This document shows positions 1 through 13,100 of a DNA stretch of 64,000 nt, in pieces. The stretch is taken from positions 5,450,898-5,514,897 of the forward strand of contig OZ199839.1 in assembly GCA_964304625.1 (NCBI GenBank). The letters run 5' to 3'. The position numbers and the translations under genes were made by a program. Source of the DNA: Kudoa neothunni. Taxonomy: Eukaryota; Animalia; Cnidaria. Within the stretch, counting starts at the first letter, position 1. Each line of letters begins with the position of its first letter. Below the pieces are notes generated by a model that saw nothing but the letters and a program-made list of their open reading frames with translations, did not search any database and had not been told where the DNA came from.

Positions 1-466
1 TCTATATCCTTGCATCTGCGGGTTCAAACAATTTATGGAATCAAAAATATACCTATTTCCTTTCGCAGGGTAAGAACGCGGTTTAATACTTTTCCTCGAG
101 GCAGCCACCTCACACTTGAAGATTCGATGATTCAAAGCACTACATCTCACAAAATTTACACAATCGATAACGAAAATCTCAACACACCTGAAAAGTTACG
201 AACCACACGTCACTACAATATAATCCAGAAAAAACATAATTAATTAATTTAAAGATATTTTATTTATATTCATAACGGTCAAATAAATGTTTTTAAATCG
301 TTCGAGAAATAAATAACTTATTATAATCTTATGTGTACGTTAATTTTGTAATATTTTCTCAAATTACGAAATACACGTCACCCACTGTACCATAGAGATT
401 TTTCCTCTCGAAAGAACATGGCTAATCTCCAAAAAATTTTAATTATGAATGAAGACAACGGTTTGT

Positions 467-676
467 TTAAAAAATATTGCCGGAAAAGTTGGCATTGCAA
501 AAATCTTTTTTTTCGAAAAATGTAGATAAGTGTTTATCAACGTAAGTTTTAACACTAGAAAGTGAACGTACTGAAAGACAATATTTTTGAGAAAAACTTT
601 TAGCTCTTGGGTGATTATCTATTATTTTAAATGGTAATCCATCATACACATCAGCGGAAACAAGATAAATCTTCAT
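467..676 (-). pseudogene. hAT-family transposase fragment
   Basis: YDGLPFKIIDNHPRAKSFSQKYC..VKTYVDKHL parallels FDGVPLSLIDKKSYLRRFLSKYC..ALVDTYL in the TIR-bounded hAT element at ~25735-25860. Confidence 0.55.
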
Positions 677-834
677 TTTTTGGTTTTTATGTTCTCTAAA
701 TAACGTAGGGGACTAGGAGATATATGCTTTAACTTGTAGAATTAGTAAACAAATTCATTTTAAATAATTTCTAAATCAACTCAATCCTCAATAAAATGCT
801 CCAAATCACAACTATTTCTGTCCATTATTATTAA

Positions 835-1604
835 GGCGCCCTTTCCGAAACACAGCGTAAAAATAAACGTCGAATCATTCTGATAGAATCGATTTTAAAT
901 CGAAAATTGCATGCCTTAATTATATGTAAGGGAAAAAGGCGAAACGTGAATATCAGTTCGTCAACATTAAGAAATGGAGATGAAGATATCCATTTATCAT
1001 ATAGATGCAAAAAGGATATAAAATATAAGTTTCGCATTAAATATTCTTAGAAATGATTGTAAAACCTACATTTTTTGGATTAATAGGCATCGATGGTTAC
1101 AACGTCTCTAAACTTACGATTAAGAATATTTTCGAGCTGATTTACATGTGGTCAGTAGAAGTCAATCATACTTCGACCGATTTTTGGCTGGAATTAGCGA
1201 GAAAACAGTAACCTTTTGGTTTGACCGCTTCAAAGAATAAACTAGCAAAAGAAGGGACTATCATTGATATCGATGAGACGCTTTTAAGAGGCAAAAGAAA
1301 AAATAATCGTGGTAGCTATTTATCATTAGACCAGTGGCAAACTGATATAGATGCATCCTATGAATCTGATATTGATGAAGAAGAACACGATGATTCGAGC
1401 ACCAGCCGAGAGAAATATAACAACAGAATTGATGGACTTTGGGTTTTAGGCATTTGCGAATGTTCGGTCGATAGCAATAAAAAAAGAAGCTTAATAGAAA
1501 CACTTATCCCAATAATTTTAAATGAAGTCGAGACGGGCGCTTCTATTTATACAGATGAATGGTTGGCTTATCGGTCTTTGTCCACATATGGTTTGTTAAA
1601 TTAA
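835..1604 (+). mobile_element. Merlin (IS1595/ISXO2-like) transposase remnant, 3'-truncated
   Basis: ORF 1221-1604 has IDIDETLLRGKRKNNRG, WVLGICE and TLIPII..GASIYTDEWLAYRSL, which are Merlin DDE motifs. A candidate GG-starting left end ggcgccctttcc lies at 835. The ORF ends where the 150-bp repeat begins. Confidence 0.85.
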
Positions 1605-1753
1605 ATGCGGCCATAGAAACACGTTCTACTAAAATAATAATGCAAAGTTAATACATGTGGAAGCCGCGCTAGCAGGTGACATATTGGAGATTTCATTCTC
1701 CTAATATTATGCTCCGAAAGTGGAGCGGTAGCCGGTCCTAGATAATCCAACAT
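1605..1753 (+). repeat. Structured ~150-bp repeat unit, copy 1 (inverted relative to 3718-3888)
   Basis: atgcggccatagaaacacgttctac...gctccgaaagtggagcggtagccggtcctagataatccaacat is a near-exact reverse complement of 3718-3888. Confidence 0.95.
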
Positions 1754-2369
1754 GGTTATCGTCATCATAGTATCAACCATACATTGGAATACGTTTCCGA
1801 AGATTTTCTCTCACTTATTGTGACTTTGTATCTAATTAATTATATTAACAACACCAATAATTAGTCATTGCACTGGATTTTAACTTTTTTAACATTTTTT
1901 CTTTCCGTATAAATTTAACTAAATACCATTTTGTACAATAATATTATTTATAAGTTTATTCGATAAGTATTCAAAGATAAAATGATAATAATTATTAAAC
2001 AAGCTCTATATATCGCATATGAATAAATGTCATGTTTGGTATATATTAAAATAATGGTAATGGTAAAGGAGACGACTACTAAATTTCATTTATTTTCACC
2101 GATTCTTTCACGATAATTTTTTTACAATTTTACATGTTGGGCAAGATTGTTCAATTCTCAAAAAATTTAATCATAAATTTAAAGAAATCTTTGGATTAAT
2201 CTTCCGGTTGTGTTATTTAAGCCTGTATTATATTAGGATTTAAATTGTTATTTCCTACTTGTATCATGTATACTTCATAGTTACACACTTTTCATCGTCC
2301 ATAATGAATCAGATATTTTTACCCAATGATCAGGTGGAATAATTCTCGTTAATAATGGTTTGATTCACG

Positions 2370-2580
2370 ATTCGATGGTGTAAAACTTAGGTAACTCCTC
2401 GAACTGGAACTTTTTTCCGAGTTTGAATTTGTTTCATCACTCCCAAAACATAACGGTGGAGAAGACATGTATGATTATTTACAACTGGAGCGTAGATGAA
2501 ACTATTCTATTTGCCTTCGAAAATACTAATGTAATCACAAGAACAGCGGGTTATTGTTAAAAAATTAGGATTATTCGTGC
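2370..2580 (+). pseudogene. Merlin transposase N-terminal fragment
   Basis: Translates RWCKT*VTPRTGTFFPSLNL...CMIIYNWSV. This matches the Merlin CxxxxSxRxGTFF motif and LIYMWSV at ~1137-1157. Confidence 0.55.
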
Positions 2581-3717
2581 GTCTAATGTTCATAAGCGTA
2601 AATCTTTTGATAGTAAAAAGTATTTCATTTCAATTTTTTGAAAACTATGACGTGCCAATTATTTATCATTTTATAAAATTATTTTTCGTATTAACTGCTT
2701 CGTTTAAATAATTTTTATAACAATTTATCATGAGTAAAAAATTAATGTTAAGTTACACTGTAATGTTAAACCAACTGGTAAATAATAAAATATTATAGAA
2801 GAAAAGAAAACCCACAATTATTTGTAAATATTCCTCAAAAATTTAATTAATTTTAACAGAATACTTAAAATAAAATAATTCTTTTTAAAAATATAAGGAA
2901 AGATTGGACATAAAATTTTAAGACCATATGTATTAAACAAATCAAGTGACATGTGTAATATATGTTCAACAATATATTATTAAATTCCGATTCATATTTC
3001 TCATTTTATTTTGTATAAATCACTTTTATAAAAAATGATTGTTTAAAAATTAATTGTTATAACATGTTTTTAGAATTAATAAATGTAATGAAATTAGACG
3101 ATTTCTTATATTGTCACTATAAAAAGCTCATCATGAAATTTTGATGATATAATGATTATAACTTTTTTTATAATTCAGATAAATTAAATAAATGATAATG
3201 GATCGTATTGTTATTTCGAAAGGTTCAAAGGCAAGGTGCACCAAAATAAAGAAGATAATTTGAAGTAAAATGTCTAAAGTTTAATTAAATGGCTGAGTTG
3301 TATAATTTTGGAACGATACATTACTATAAATGTTATTAAGATGTATAATAAATTTAGTAACCTTCTCCTTTGTCACTACCACAATAGTTTTCTCGTAATA
3401 GTAACTTTTTATCTAAAAATTATTGATCTATTATTGAATTTTAAATGATAGCTAATGTATAAACGGAGATAATCAATTTTATAATAGTTAGTAATCCTGA
3501 TTTTTCAATCAAAAATCTAGAATTGGGTTTCATAATCGAGGTTCGACTGTACTTAATTTTTATGTAACTAATAGCACAGTAGTGCAGGGTTATTATGTAG
3601 CAGGGTACTACGCACCTTATGATATTATAGAAATGCTGCCTAATAAAAATATACAGTTTTGTTATTTATGATAATAAACACTTAAAAATGTTTAAATAAG
3701 AAAAGTTATTAATAAAA

Positions 3718-3888
3718 ATGTTGGATTATCTAGGGCCGGCTACCGCTCCACTTTCGGAGCATAATATTAGGAGAATGAAATCTCCAATATGTCACCCGCT
3801 AGCGCGGCTTCCACATGTATTAACTTTACATTATTATTTTAGTCGCGTGGTAGTTTAGTTTAGTAGAACGTGTTTCTATGGCTGCATG
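3718..3888 (-). repeat. Structured repeat unit, copy 2 (with a ~21-bp internal insertion)
   Basis: Reverse complement of 1605-1753 with the same two ends and an extra cgcgtggtagtttagtttagt-like segment. Confidence 0.95.
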
Positions 3889-3989
3889 CTTACTACACAT
3901 TTCAAGGATATTGCGCACTAAAAATAAAAAATTCATAGATGAATCCAAGAGTGTTGTTCTTAAATAGTTTCCTCTTGGAATGATCAAAT

Positions 3990-4600
3990 GTTAGTGTTGA
4001 TCGGAAATTATGATCCAAAAGATATTTTTTATTTGGATGAAACTGGACTATTTTACCAGCGAAGAAAACGTAAAATATCATTTAAATTTATATCTCTATG
4101 TGAAATTTAATGCATGGTTAGGCATTTGAGATGGAGAAAAATTTTCGCGGTTTTAAAAAATCCAAAAAGAGAGTAACAATTGTTGAAATCTACTCGATGC
4201 CAAAAAAGACTCTTATTAATAATTCTCAATCATTGCAAACCTTGGTGCTTCCGTAAAATAAAAGACCTCCCACTTCCCTGTTACACTAACAAGAAACAAC
4301 CAGCGTATTTCAACAATCAGATCAGGGAATTATTAACGGTTTTTAATAAATTTACAAAAATTATCTGACGAATTATTTGATAAATAAAGTTACTGTTAAT
4401 TCTATTAATATTTTTGATAACAATTTAAATAATGATCCACCAAATTTACTTGATGATATGTACACGATGAAAGATGTTTGGAAAGTAATGGGTAAAGAAA
4501 TTACTTCATTTAAAGGTCCAGACGATAAATATGTTGACTCAATAAATAGTGAAATCGACACAATAAATGAATCGTTTTCTGATGAAAATGATTAATTTCG
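3990..4600 (+). pseudogene. pogo/Tigger transposase remnant with a putative intron at 4070-4121
   Basis: YDPKDIFYLDETGLFYQ, then GFKKSKKRVT and KPWCFRKIKDLPLPCYTNKK. A gtaaaa...ttag segment lies between them. Confidence 0.75.
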
Positions 4601-5769
4601 GAAGATTTCAATTAATGTGTTTAACTTTTTCCTAATTAATTTATTATTAATTATAGAAAATATTGTTCAATTATAAAAGCAACAAAATGTTAGCAGTGTA
4701 ATTAAAATTGCTTTTAAACGTTAAAACATGCCTGTAATTAACAAAGATAGATATTAATAACAAACGAAAGTATCTAAATTAATTTAATGTTATAGATTAA
4801 ATTACCATAGTATTTTTCGATACTATTAAAAATTAACATTTTAAAACAGTTTATTTAAATGTATTTTATTACAACGTTTTTCCCTTATAACAATATTTAG
4901 TTACATCGCCGTTAATATATTTTTGTACCATTTCATTAAAAAAATTAGATATGGAACACCCTTCTAGAAACTTGATTGTTTAGCATTGATAATTATAAAG
5001 CCTGTGACATCTAAAGATACCATTTTTTGCATCTTTTACCACAATCCTCATTAATAAAACATATTAATAGATAATGCGAAAATTCAGTTTTAAGCAATCA
5101 CTTATAAATTTTAACCAAATCTCACTTCGAACAATATCGTTACCACGTGTAATCTCTCTTCTGTTTACAAAAACTCGTCAGTTTCCTTATTCGTCACATA
5201 CTTTGACGTATTTGTTGATTGAAATTACTTAAATTATTTTTTAACATAATTATTTGGACAAAAAGGGAGTCTAAATTCTCTATATAATGAGGTCATATAT
5301 TAGAAACAGAACAAATTAATTTAATCATATCATAATCAGTAGAATTCCAATTTGATTGATTTTTATGATGTTAAAATAAGATAGTTAGTTTATAAATTTT
5401 TTTGGTATATTTATATTTACTAAATAAAATTATACGAGTGAACGTGTTTGATAATTTGACAATGAAAAGCTTTATTATTTATAAATAATAAAATTTTGTG
5501 ATTATATATATATAAAACCATCTGAAAAAAATTATAAAGCATTATAAATATCATAATATTATACATAACGTGTAGCTGTTATCAAAATATAAAATAGACG
5601 ATTTTGAAAGTTTTTAAAATAAATTGTTTAAAGATAGCAAAATACCTAACCCAAATTTCTGATATACGTTTCATTTTAATCATGTAAAAAATAAAAAATG
5701 TGCGTTTAAATATTTTAATTAATACTTTGTAATAATAGATCGTACGAAAGTGTGACACTATGTCAAAAA

Positions 5770-6364
5770 TCTACCATATAAAACAAACCGGGTATCCCCG
5801 TGTGTACGCATTTTTCATTTTTTATAGAGAGACATCGCTCCATTTGATCACACATATTGAAAGATAAAACTTTATTTTAACACAGAAAAATACGTAAAAA
5901 ATTATAAAAGATTTGCATCGTACAAAATGACTAAAAACATTTTCACGTGATATGAATGGTATGATTTGAGGATTAATGAAAACATATAGATCATTTTGTT
6001 AAAGTTTTAAAAGTTAATTTTAAACGTACCATAGTGTTTATTTACCTTAAAATTATTGAAAAGTAATTTAGTAATTGAATTAGTTCGAATAAGGATGGTA
6101 ATATTAGGTTATGTAGGCAAGCATTAATATGAAATTTATTTGTTGATGTTTGACAAGATTAGTCAAATTCATATGGTATGATACAGAGATTGTTGCAAAC
6201 AACAAGGAGAAAATCGATTTTTAAACGCTCAGTAATGTTCATTCGTATTTAAAAATATTAAATAAGGTTCATGCAACCAATTAGTTGAATAAATCATTTG
6301 TTAATTGGGTAATCTTTGTACTATTTATCTAAATACTCTTAATTTACTTTGAACTTCAAATAAT
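5770..6364 (+). mobile_element. Non-autonomous Helitron-like repeat, 3'-truncated copy
   Basis: Diverged ~600-bp direct repeat of 59588-60205, starting a|tctaccata. Confidence 0.7.
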
Positions 6365-7299
6365 GCCTGTTGCGCATCTCAATTCATCCCGATTTTATAA
6401 TATATGCCAATCACAAATTAGCATCAAATTACAATTATAAAGTTTTTACATAAATATTCGTTCGGTTCATACCGAGACATGCGCACTAGAACGCGCATGC
6501 AGAGTTAATGTACTTTTCTACTTGAACTTAACTAAATGATGAATTTTGAATTTAAATTAAAAAAATAATTTTTTTCAGTATGATTTACCCCGTGGAAATA
6601 TTATTCGAGTGATTTATGAGCGAACATTTCTTTTAGTAAAAACCAGACTGCGGATTTAACGTTTGTTACATTTTACATTTTTTACATTCATTTTAGTAAT
6701 TTTTTAGGTTATTGATTTTTATTAGTTTATATAATAAGTCGATTACCAATTAAGCAACAAAGCAATTGACCACAAATACTCTTTTACGCCAGTAGCTAAT
6801 TCGATTAGATATTAACACTTATGTAATAACCCTCCCGGGACCCCATTATAAGCATTTTTCGTGTTTTTCATATAAGCTGATTTCACATTAAATTCACACT
6901 TTGTGTATTCTTCATTCAAAAATTAAAGCTCCCTTCTATAAAATCAAATATTAGATGGAAAGTAAAACTTCCCAGATATTTTTGGTTCTTTTGCATAGAA
7001 TAAAAATTTTATCAACAAAAAGCTAAAATAAAGCTTATTTTTTTATAGGAAAAGTGTTAATAAAGTTTAAGAAATTACCAATAAATGGAAATAATTAAGA
7101 TATGTTGTGTTAAGTCCCGATAAACCCCGATTCTCCTTTGGATATTAGCAAGAGATTAACCGCGGATTGATGATTTCTGAATTTTTGTTACTCGTGTTGT
7201 TTACTGAAAAATATTAAAACTTATTTATCATTTTAGTTTAATTTAATTTATCAGATAATTTACTCCGAAAATTCAGAAGACTTAATAAGTGATAATAAA

Positions 7300-8590
7300 C
7301 TAGGCGATGAAGTAGACAGTGATTTGGTGTTTGAAGGACCCATATCGGATGCTTTTGCTGGGAAGATATTAGTGAATCCTCGGATTCTTTTGACGATTTT
7401 GAAGCCTCTACTAAAATATCCATCTCAAAATCTAATTTTGAATGGGATTTTACCAATAGAATAGGGGCAAAAACAAGGTCTTACAATATGGTCAATGCTA
7501 AACCTGGTCTCATAGATGATGCTCAATATGTTGATTCAATAATGAGCTCATTCTCACTGTTCTTCTCAGACATATTGCTTTTGTACTAACAAATATTTGG
7601 ATGATAAGACAATTCGCCTTGAAAGAATCAGCGCATCTGGAGACAAACTAGAGGCCATTCGAAATATCTTCGACATTGTGAACGTATCCTTTCTCCAAAA
7701 ATATTCTCCAGATAAGCCACTACAATATGGTATGAAGGTATGGGTAGCCATAGACATGAAAACTTCGTATCACCTAAATATTCAACCATCTTGGGGAAAA
7801 GTTGGTGGAGCAAGAGAGGTTAAACAAGATGAACAAGTCGTAAAAGATTTAATGGAATCATATGATGGAACTTGTAGAGGACTCACGTCAGACAACTTTT
7901 TTATTTCTGTCCCACTTGCGTCTTTTCTCTTGGACAACAACATCACCTTAACTGTTACAATGACACGGAATAATACCTATATTCCACCCAAAATTCAGGA
8001 TGTAGAAGATCGTCAAGAACTATCTTCGGTTTTTGTTACTCTGGCGATCTAACTCTTGTTTCCTACGTCCCCCAAAAAATCGCAACGTGATACTCTTATC
8101 TACGGAACATCATGACTCTGAAATTGAATCAGGTGACAGAAAAAGGTCCCAGATAATTATGCACTGTAACCAAAAAAAAGGGGGGTGGACAACAGTGACC
8201 GTATGACCTGATTGTATTCATGTGCTAGGGCAACTAGAAGATGGCCCTTCCGTTTGTTCCTTGAGTTGGTTGATATAGCTGCATTGAATGCGTATATCAT
8301 ATACACAACAAAATTCACGGATTGGAGAAGAACCAATCGCAGCCGACGTCAATACTTCCTTCGAGAGTTGGCCATTGAATTGATTAAATCAAATGTCTTA
8401 ATTCGTCAAAACAATTTAACTTCTCTCCACAATATTCAAAAATTAAGTTTCCCAATTTTTAATAAAAAGGTTGTTACTTGTCCACATGATGATTCCAATA
8501 TAAAATGTATCACTACAAAAAATCGTTTCTATTTTGTCCAAGAAAGATAGATAGAAAAACGAAATTTCGGTGTGACAAATGCAATAATGA
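7300..8590 (+). pseudogene. Degenerate piggyBac (PGBD4-like) transposase
   Basis: YGMKVWVAIDMKTSY, GLTSDNFFISVPLA, YSCARATRRWPFRLFLELVDIAALNAY and a remnant Cys-rich tail. It has an internal deletion and frameshifts, and is close to the 44586-46316 family. Confidence 0.9.
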
Positions 8591-10118
8591 TGACATGGAT
8601 TGATTTTTGTCGTGGGAATCATATCTTACATATGTTTAATATTACGATATTTTTTCCGAAGTTTTGTGCGTTTATGTAACATTTTAGGATTTGCATGTTT
8701 TAGAGGAACATAAATATATAAGGATAACATCCATCTATAATATGATTTTCGACAATTCCACCCCAAATCATAGAAGTCGATTAAATATGGAGGGTTTTAT
8801 TTTTTTAAATTATCACAATAATGTACAAAGTTTTCAAACCAAAATTTAACATGGGCTTACTGAAGGTACTACTAACTTTGTTTGAAGCAGAAAGTATGAA
8901 TATATAATAATTCTTAATGGTTAGAATTAAATAATTGACTTCTTCGTAGAACTAATGTTTGATTCACAATGTAAGTTATTTTACAATGGTACGATTAGTG
9001 AAAATCTTGGGAATACATTTAAAATCTGTTTCTTTATTATCAACTGCTTTTAAACCTGATGATATGATATCTTCCCTGTCATCAGCCTATTTTAGATCGC
9101 ATTCTGGCTTGAACCTAGGCGTTGTTTAATCGGTGGACTTGTCGCGTTTTTTTTTCAGAATCTAGAAATTTTTTTGAATTTTAACATAACTCTTAGGAAT
9201 CTTTAAAATAAATTTACAATAATAGTAAAATTTTATGGCATTAGCTTTAAAAAAAGTCTAAAATTGCCACAAACCGATGATTAATACCCTAATGCGAACT
9301 TTGTTTAATAATGGAATAAGATGAATTCAATGCACCCTCCGTATTATTGGTATTATGATTAAATATAAAAAAAGGTGAATTATATGGTCAAAAGTATAAT
9401 GGTATGAAGAAAAATATTTGCTAACACATATATCATCAACATCTATTTAATTTAAGAAATACGTTATATAAACAATTAAATTAAAGTTCGGGATTCAGCA
9501 TTTGACTCTAAAAATTCTTTAGTTTGAGAGGTTTTCCATACGTTTCCTTTAAGGTTGCTACCGCGATTACTTTTTCATTTTCCGCGGTAAAGGCATTTAT
9601 CAATTTCTATAATGAAGTCTTCCACGCTAACTTTATTTTCTCCAAGGGTGGTTGGCTGCGTTTTCGATTTTATTTGAATAACGCTGATATTGTTGGCATA
9701 CTTCCCCTATTCGGTGGTGGTTCGAATGGTTTCATAAATGAACCAACGATATAATGTTTAAAAAATATTCTCAATGCTAAATTTTAGTTCCGGGTCATAT
9801 AAATGTTAATATATGGTCGGTGTTGGTATACCCCTCCTCAGGAATAATCATGACTTTAATGCCGCCAATCAAAATCGTTGGATGTATGATGCCTAAAAAG
9901 GTTTAGTTTGTCTGTTTCTATGGATTAATTTGAAACATTAATATCTTTTTTGAATGTTATTACAAAATTTCACCGCGCTTAATATTCCCACACAAAGCTG
10001 GGCAGTTCGCGCTAATTATGTATATAGAAGATAGTTGATATGATTTAAACAAATGGCGTAATTAAAGAAAAACAACTAATTAACTAACTAAATAAATGCT
10101 ACTATATGCAAACTATGA

Positions 10119-13100
10119 TCATAGGTGTGTCTTAAGGATGGCTCCTTTATTTCTTACTCTTCTTTTCCACCTTCTAAAAATAAATATACCCGTGATCAAT
10201 AATATTGATTCCACAAGTGGTATCAAGGCATAAAGACTAAAAACCATTATTTAAACAGAATGATGTGATTATAAATTTACATGTAAAATTCATAAGACCT
10301 ATTAAAAAAGGGTAAAACATTAGAATGATAGCATAAAATACGCATAATTATTTGTCGCCGTCTCATAGTCTAAGGTTCCTTTAGCTTCTACTCATATTAA
10401 ATAATAAATATTTATATATTAATTGAATAACTAAATAAATATATACTACTCTGCGTATCATTAAATAAATATATACCCTCCTTGAACTCTTGTAATCACA
10501 TCTTCGGTGATATCCTCAAAATCAACATCATCATATTCGCTCTTTATGTGTTGCTCTTGTAGATATATTTACGTTAATATAGTTCCTCTCAATAATACAT
10601 TTACTAAAAAGAATATTATAAAACATAAAGGATATTTTGGTTTTACCCTATTAATCGTGACACTTTTTTGTCTTCATATGTATATAAACAGATAATTAGT
10701 TTAAAAATATTGAAAATAATGCAAGCAACTTATTTACATGGAACATCTTCTATTTTGTATTTTGAGTAGCCCTTCACTTTCACTTCCAAAATGTAATCTT
10801 TGTCTTTGGACAATCCATTTATCTGAATAACGCATTTATTTGCTGAACACTCCCGATCATTATCATGACACCAAGCAGTCAATGGACGTTTTTCTTCATA
10901 TTCTGTATTCTCGTAAAACATAAAAGGACAAATCGAATTTTCATTTTTTTGATCAAAATTCACATCGATTTTCAAATCACTCTCTCCATAATACGTATAT
11001 TTGATATCAATCTCACCATTTTCTTAAAAATTATTCTATAAGTAGACTAAATATTATTCATTACTTATTTCTATTTCATAGGTTTTATCTTGTTTGTCAT
11101 CAGATGGTTCAACAATTATTTCGTACGTTTCTCCTAACTCGAGATTAGCTATGTTAAATTCACTATCACATTTGTTTTCACAAATTCCCATTCCATGACA
11201 AACAGCCATATATTTTGAGTTGGATCCGCCTTTCTTTTTAACATACAATTTGCACATAAGTTTCTCATTATTAGATTGAAGTGGGGTGATTTTAACGCCC
11301 TCTTTATCTAGGATTGGACCTTTGCTTGATTCACTCAATGCAGCATCACCAACTAGTTAATTTTAGCCAAAAAATCTAAAATAGAATATACGGGTTCTGA
11401 AGGTGATTTTCTTGGTGTAATTTTCCTTAAATCCGAGGTTTGAAACTTGAGTTGATACCACATAATTAGTACCAGGAGACAAACTAGTGATCGAATATGA
11501 GTTATCACAGGTAGTGGTGCATTTGTTAGAACCACACTGAGCCGTTGATTCAATAGAAGAGGAGTGTGCTTTTGAGATTCTAATGTTACATGATGGGGTT
11601 TCGCCATCTTTGTTTATATTCTGATAAGTATTTAGTCCAGTCAAAGTAACCCCGGTTTTGGTTAATTCCGACAAAGTGAATCCATTGTCACCCTCTAAAA
11701 GCAATAATTAGTGGGGAAAAAATTAAACTTACTTTTAAAATATTGTTTGTGTTTCTTTAGATCATATCTTCGTTTCACAATGACTCCAACTTTATCGTAA
11801 TCTTCATTTAAATTTATTACGCCGTCTTGGCATAACTGATAACACCCATCTGTTATATTGTCACAGTTATTCAGAACCTTATTTTCTTGATCCGTACCCT
11901 CTTCATTCACTTCAAAGACCTTAACGTGACACATTTCATCGTTATACGGACCAGGAGAGAAATAGATTTTTAACTTCCTGTTGTTATCATTAACTTCAGA
12001 AATGGAGAAAATAATATTCGTTTTTAAAGGAATTGTATCATTCACAAAAGTATTATCTTTGAAATAAAGCAACTGAGGCCACATAATGGTTGAATCAATC
12101 CTATAATTATTTTTGATCTCATTAATTGGGAGAATGATAGATTTATTTTCAGGGGTATCAGAATAGTCAAATACAGATAAACCATTATTATCACTATTTA
12201 TCACCTTTGATTTATCAGCAATAATTCTAAAGTCGGTTTTGGATGTTGATTTGTAGGAAAAACTAATTTTGTCGCCAACATGTTCCAACTTGTACGTGTT
12301 TTTATGTAGGTTATCTATAATAAATAACATATATTTAATGAGTGTTTTATATATGAGAAGAATGAATATGTTTTGGCTGAACCAACTGTTTTTGTTAATT
12401 ATCTAGGTAAGCATCATAAGTTATTTTATTTACCCATTATTATTGGAAAAACCGAACCCCTAATAGAGGTCTTGGCATTATCGTCATTATCACCGTAAAA
12501 AACTGCTATGTATCGATCCACTTTTGAATTTACATAACCAATTTCAAAATCTGTTACATCACAATTCACAACACAAACATCACCGTTGATGTGTGAGGAA
12601 CAACTTGGTTTTTTGTAAATCGTGTTTACTCCAAAGCTAGAAATTTTTATTGCGCATTTATTATTTTTAGGAAATTCTGACAGAGAAATCGAAAATTTTC
12701 CAATTCCGGGTTCGTCTTCGTTTGAAGGTATGAACTTCTGCTTTAGTTTACCAGATCGGAAAAATGCTAAACTGATATAACTCTAATATACGTTATGTAT
12801 TTCACCTGGGACAAAAAGTTCATGCGGCGCTGATTTTCCGCTTGCGTACACGATTAACCTGTAGTTATTTTCACTGCTATATAAGCCATTATCTAGATTA
12901 ATTTGATTGCATTTTGAGACCAAGAATTCAGTTGTGTGTCCTGTACATGGTTTTGACAGATCCGTTGATGAATCTAAGTTATTTTATTCTAGAAAATTCT
13001 TAATTATTTACTTTCATCCATTTCATATTTACATAGCTGATAATAACAATCAGTTTCATTAATGTTTTCAAAATTTTTGTCAGGAATTATTTTAAGTGTT

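Noticed and set aside
1221-1604. Bacterial IS1595 insertion sequence or prokaryotic origin
   Set aside because: Spliceosomal introns and the eukaryotic TE context indicate the eukaryotic Merlin superfamily.
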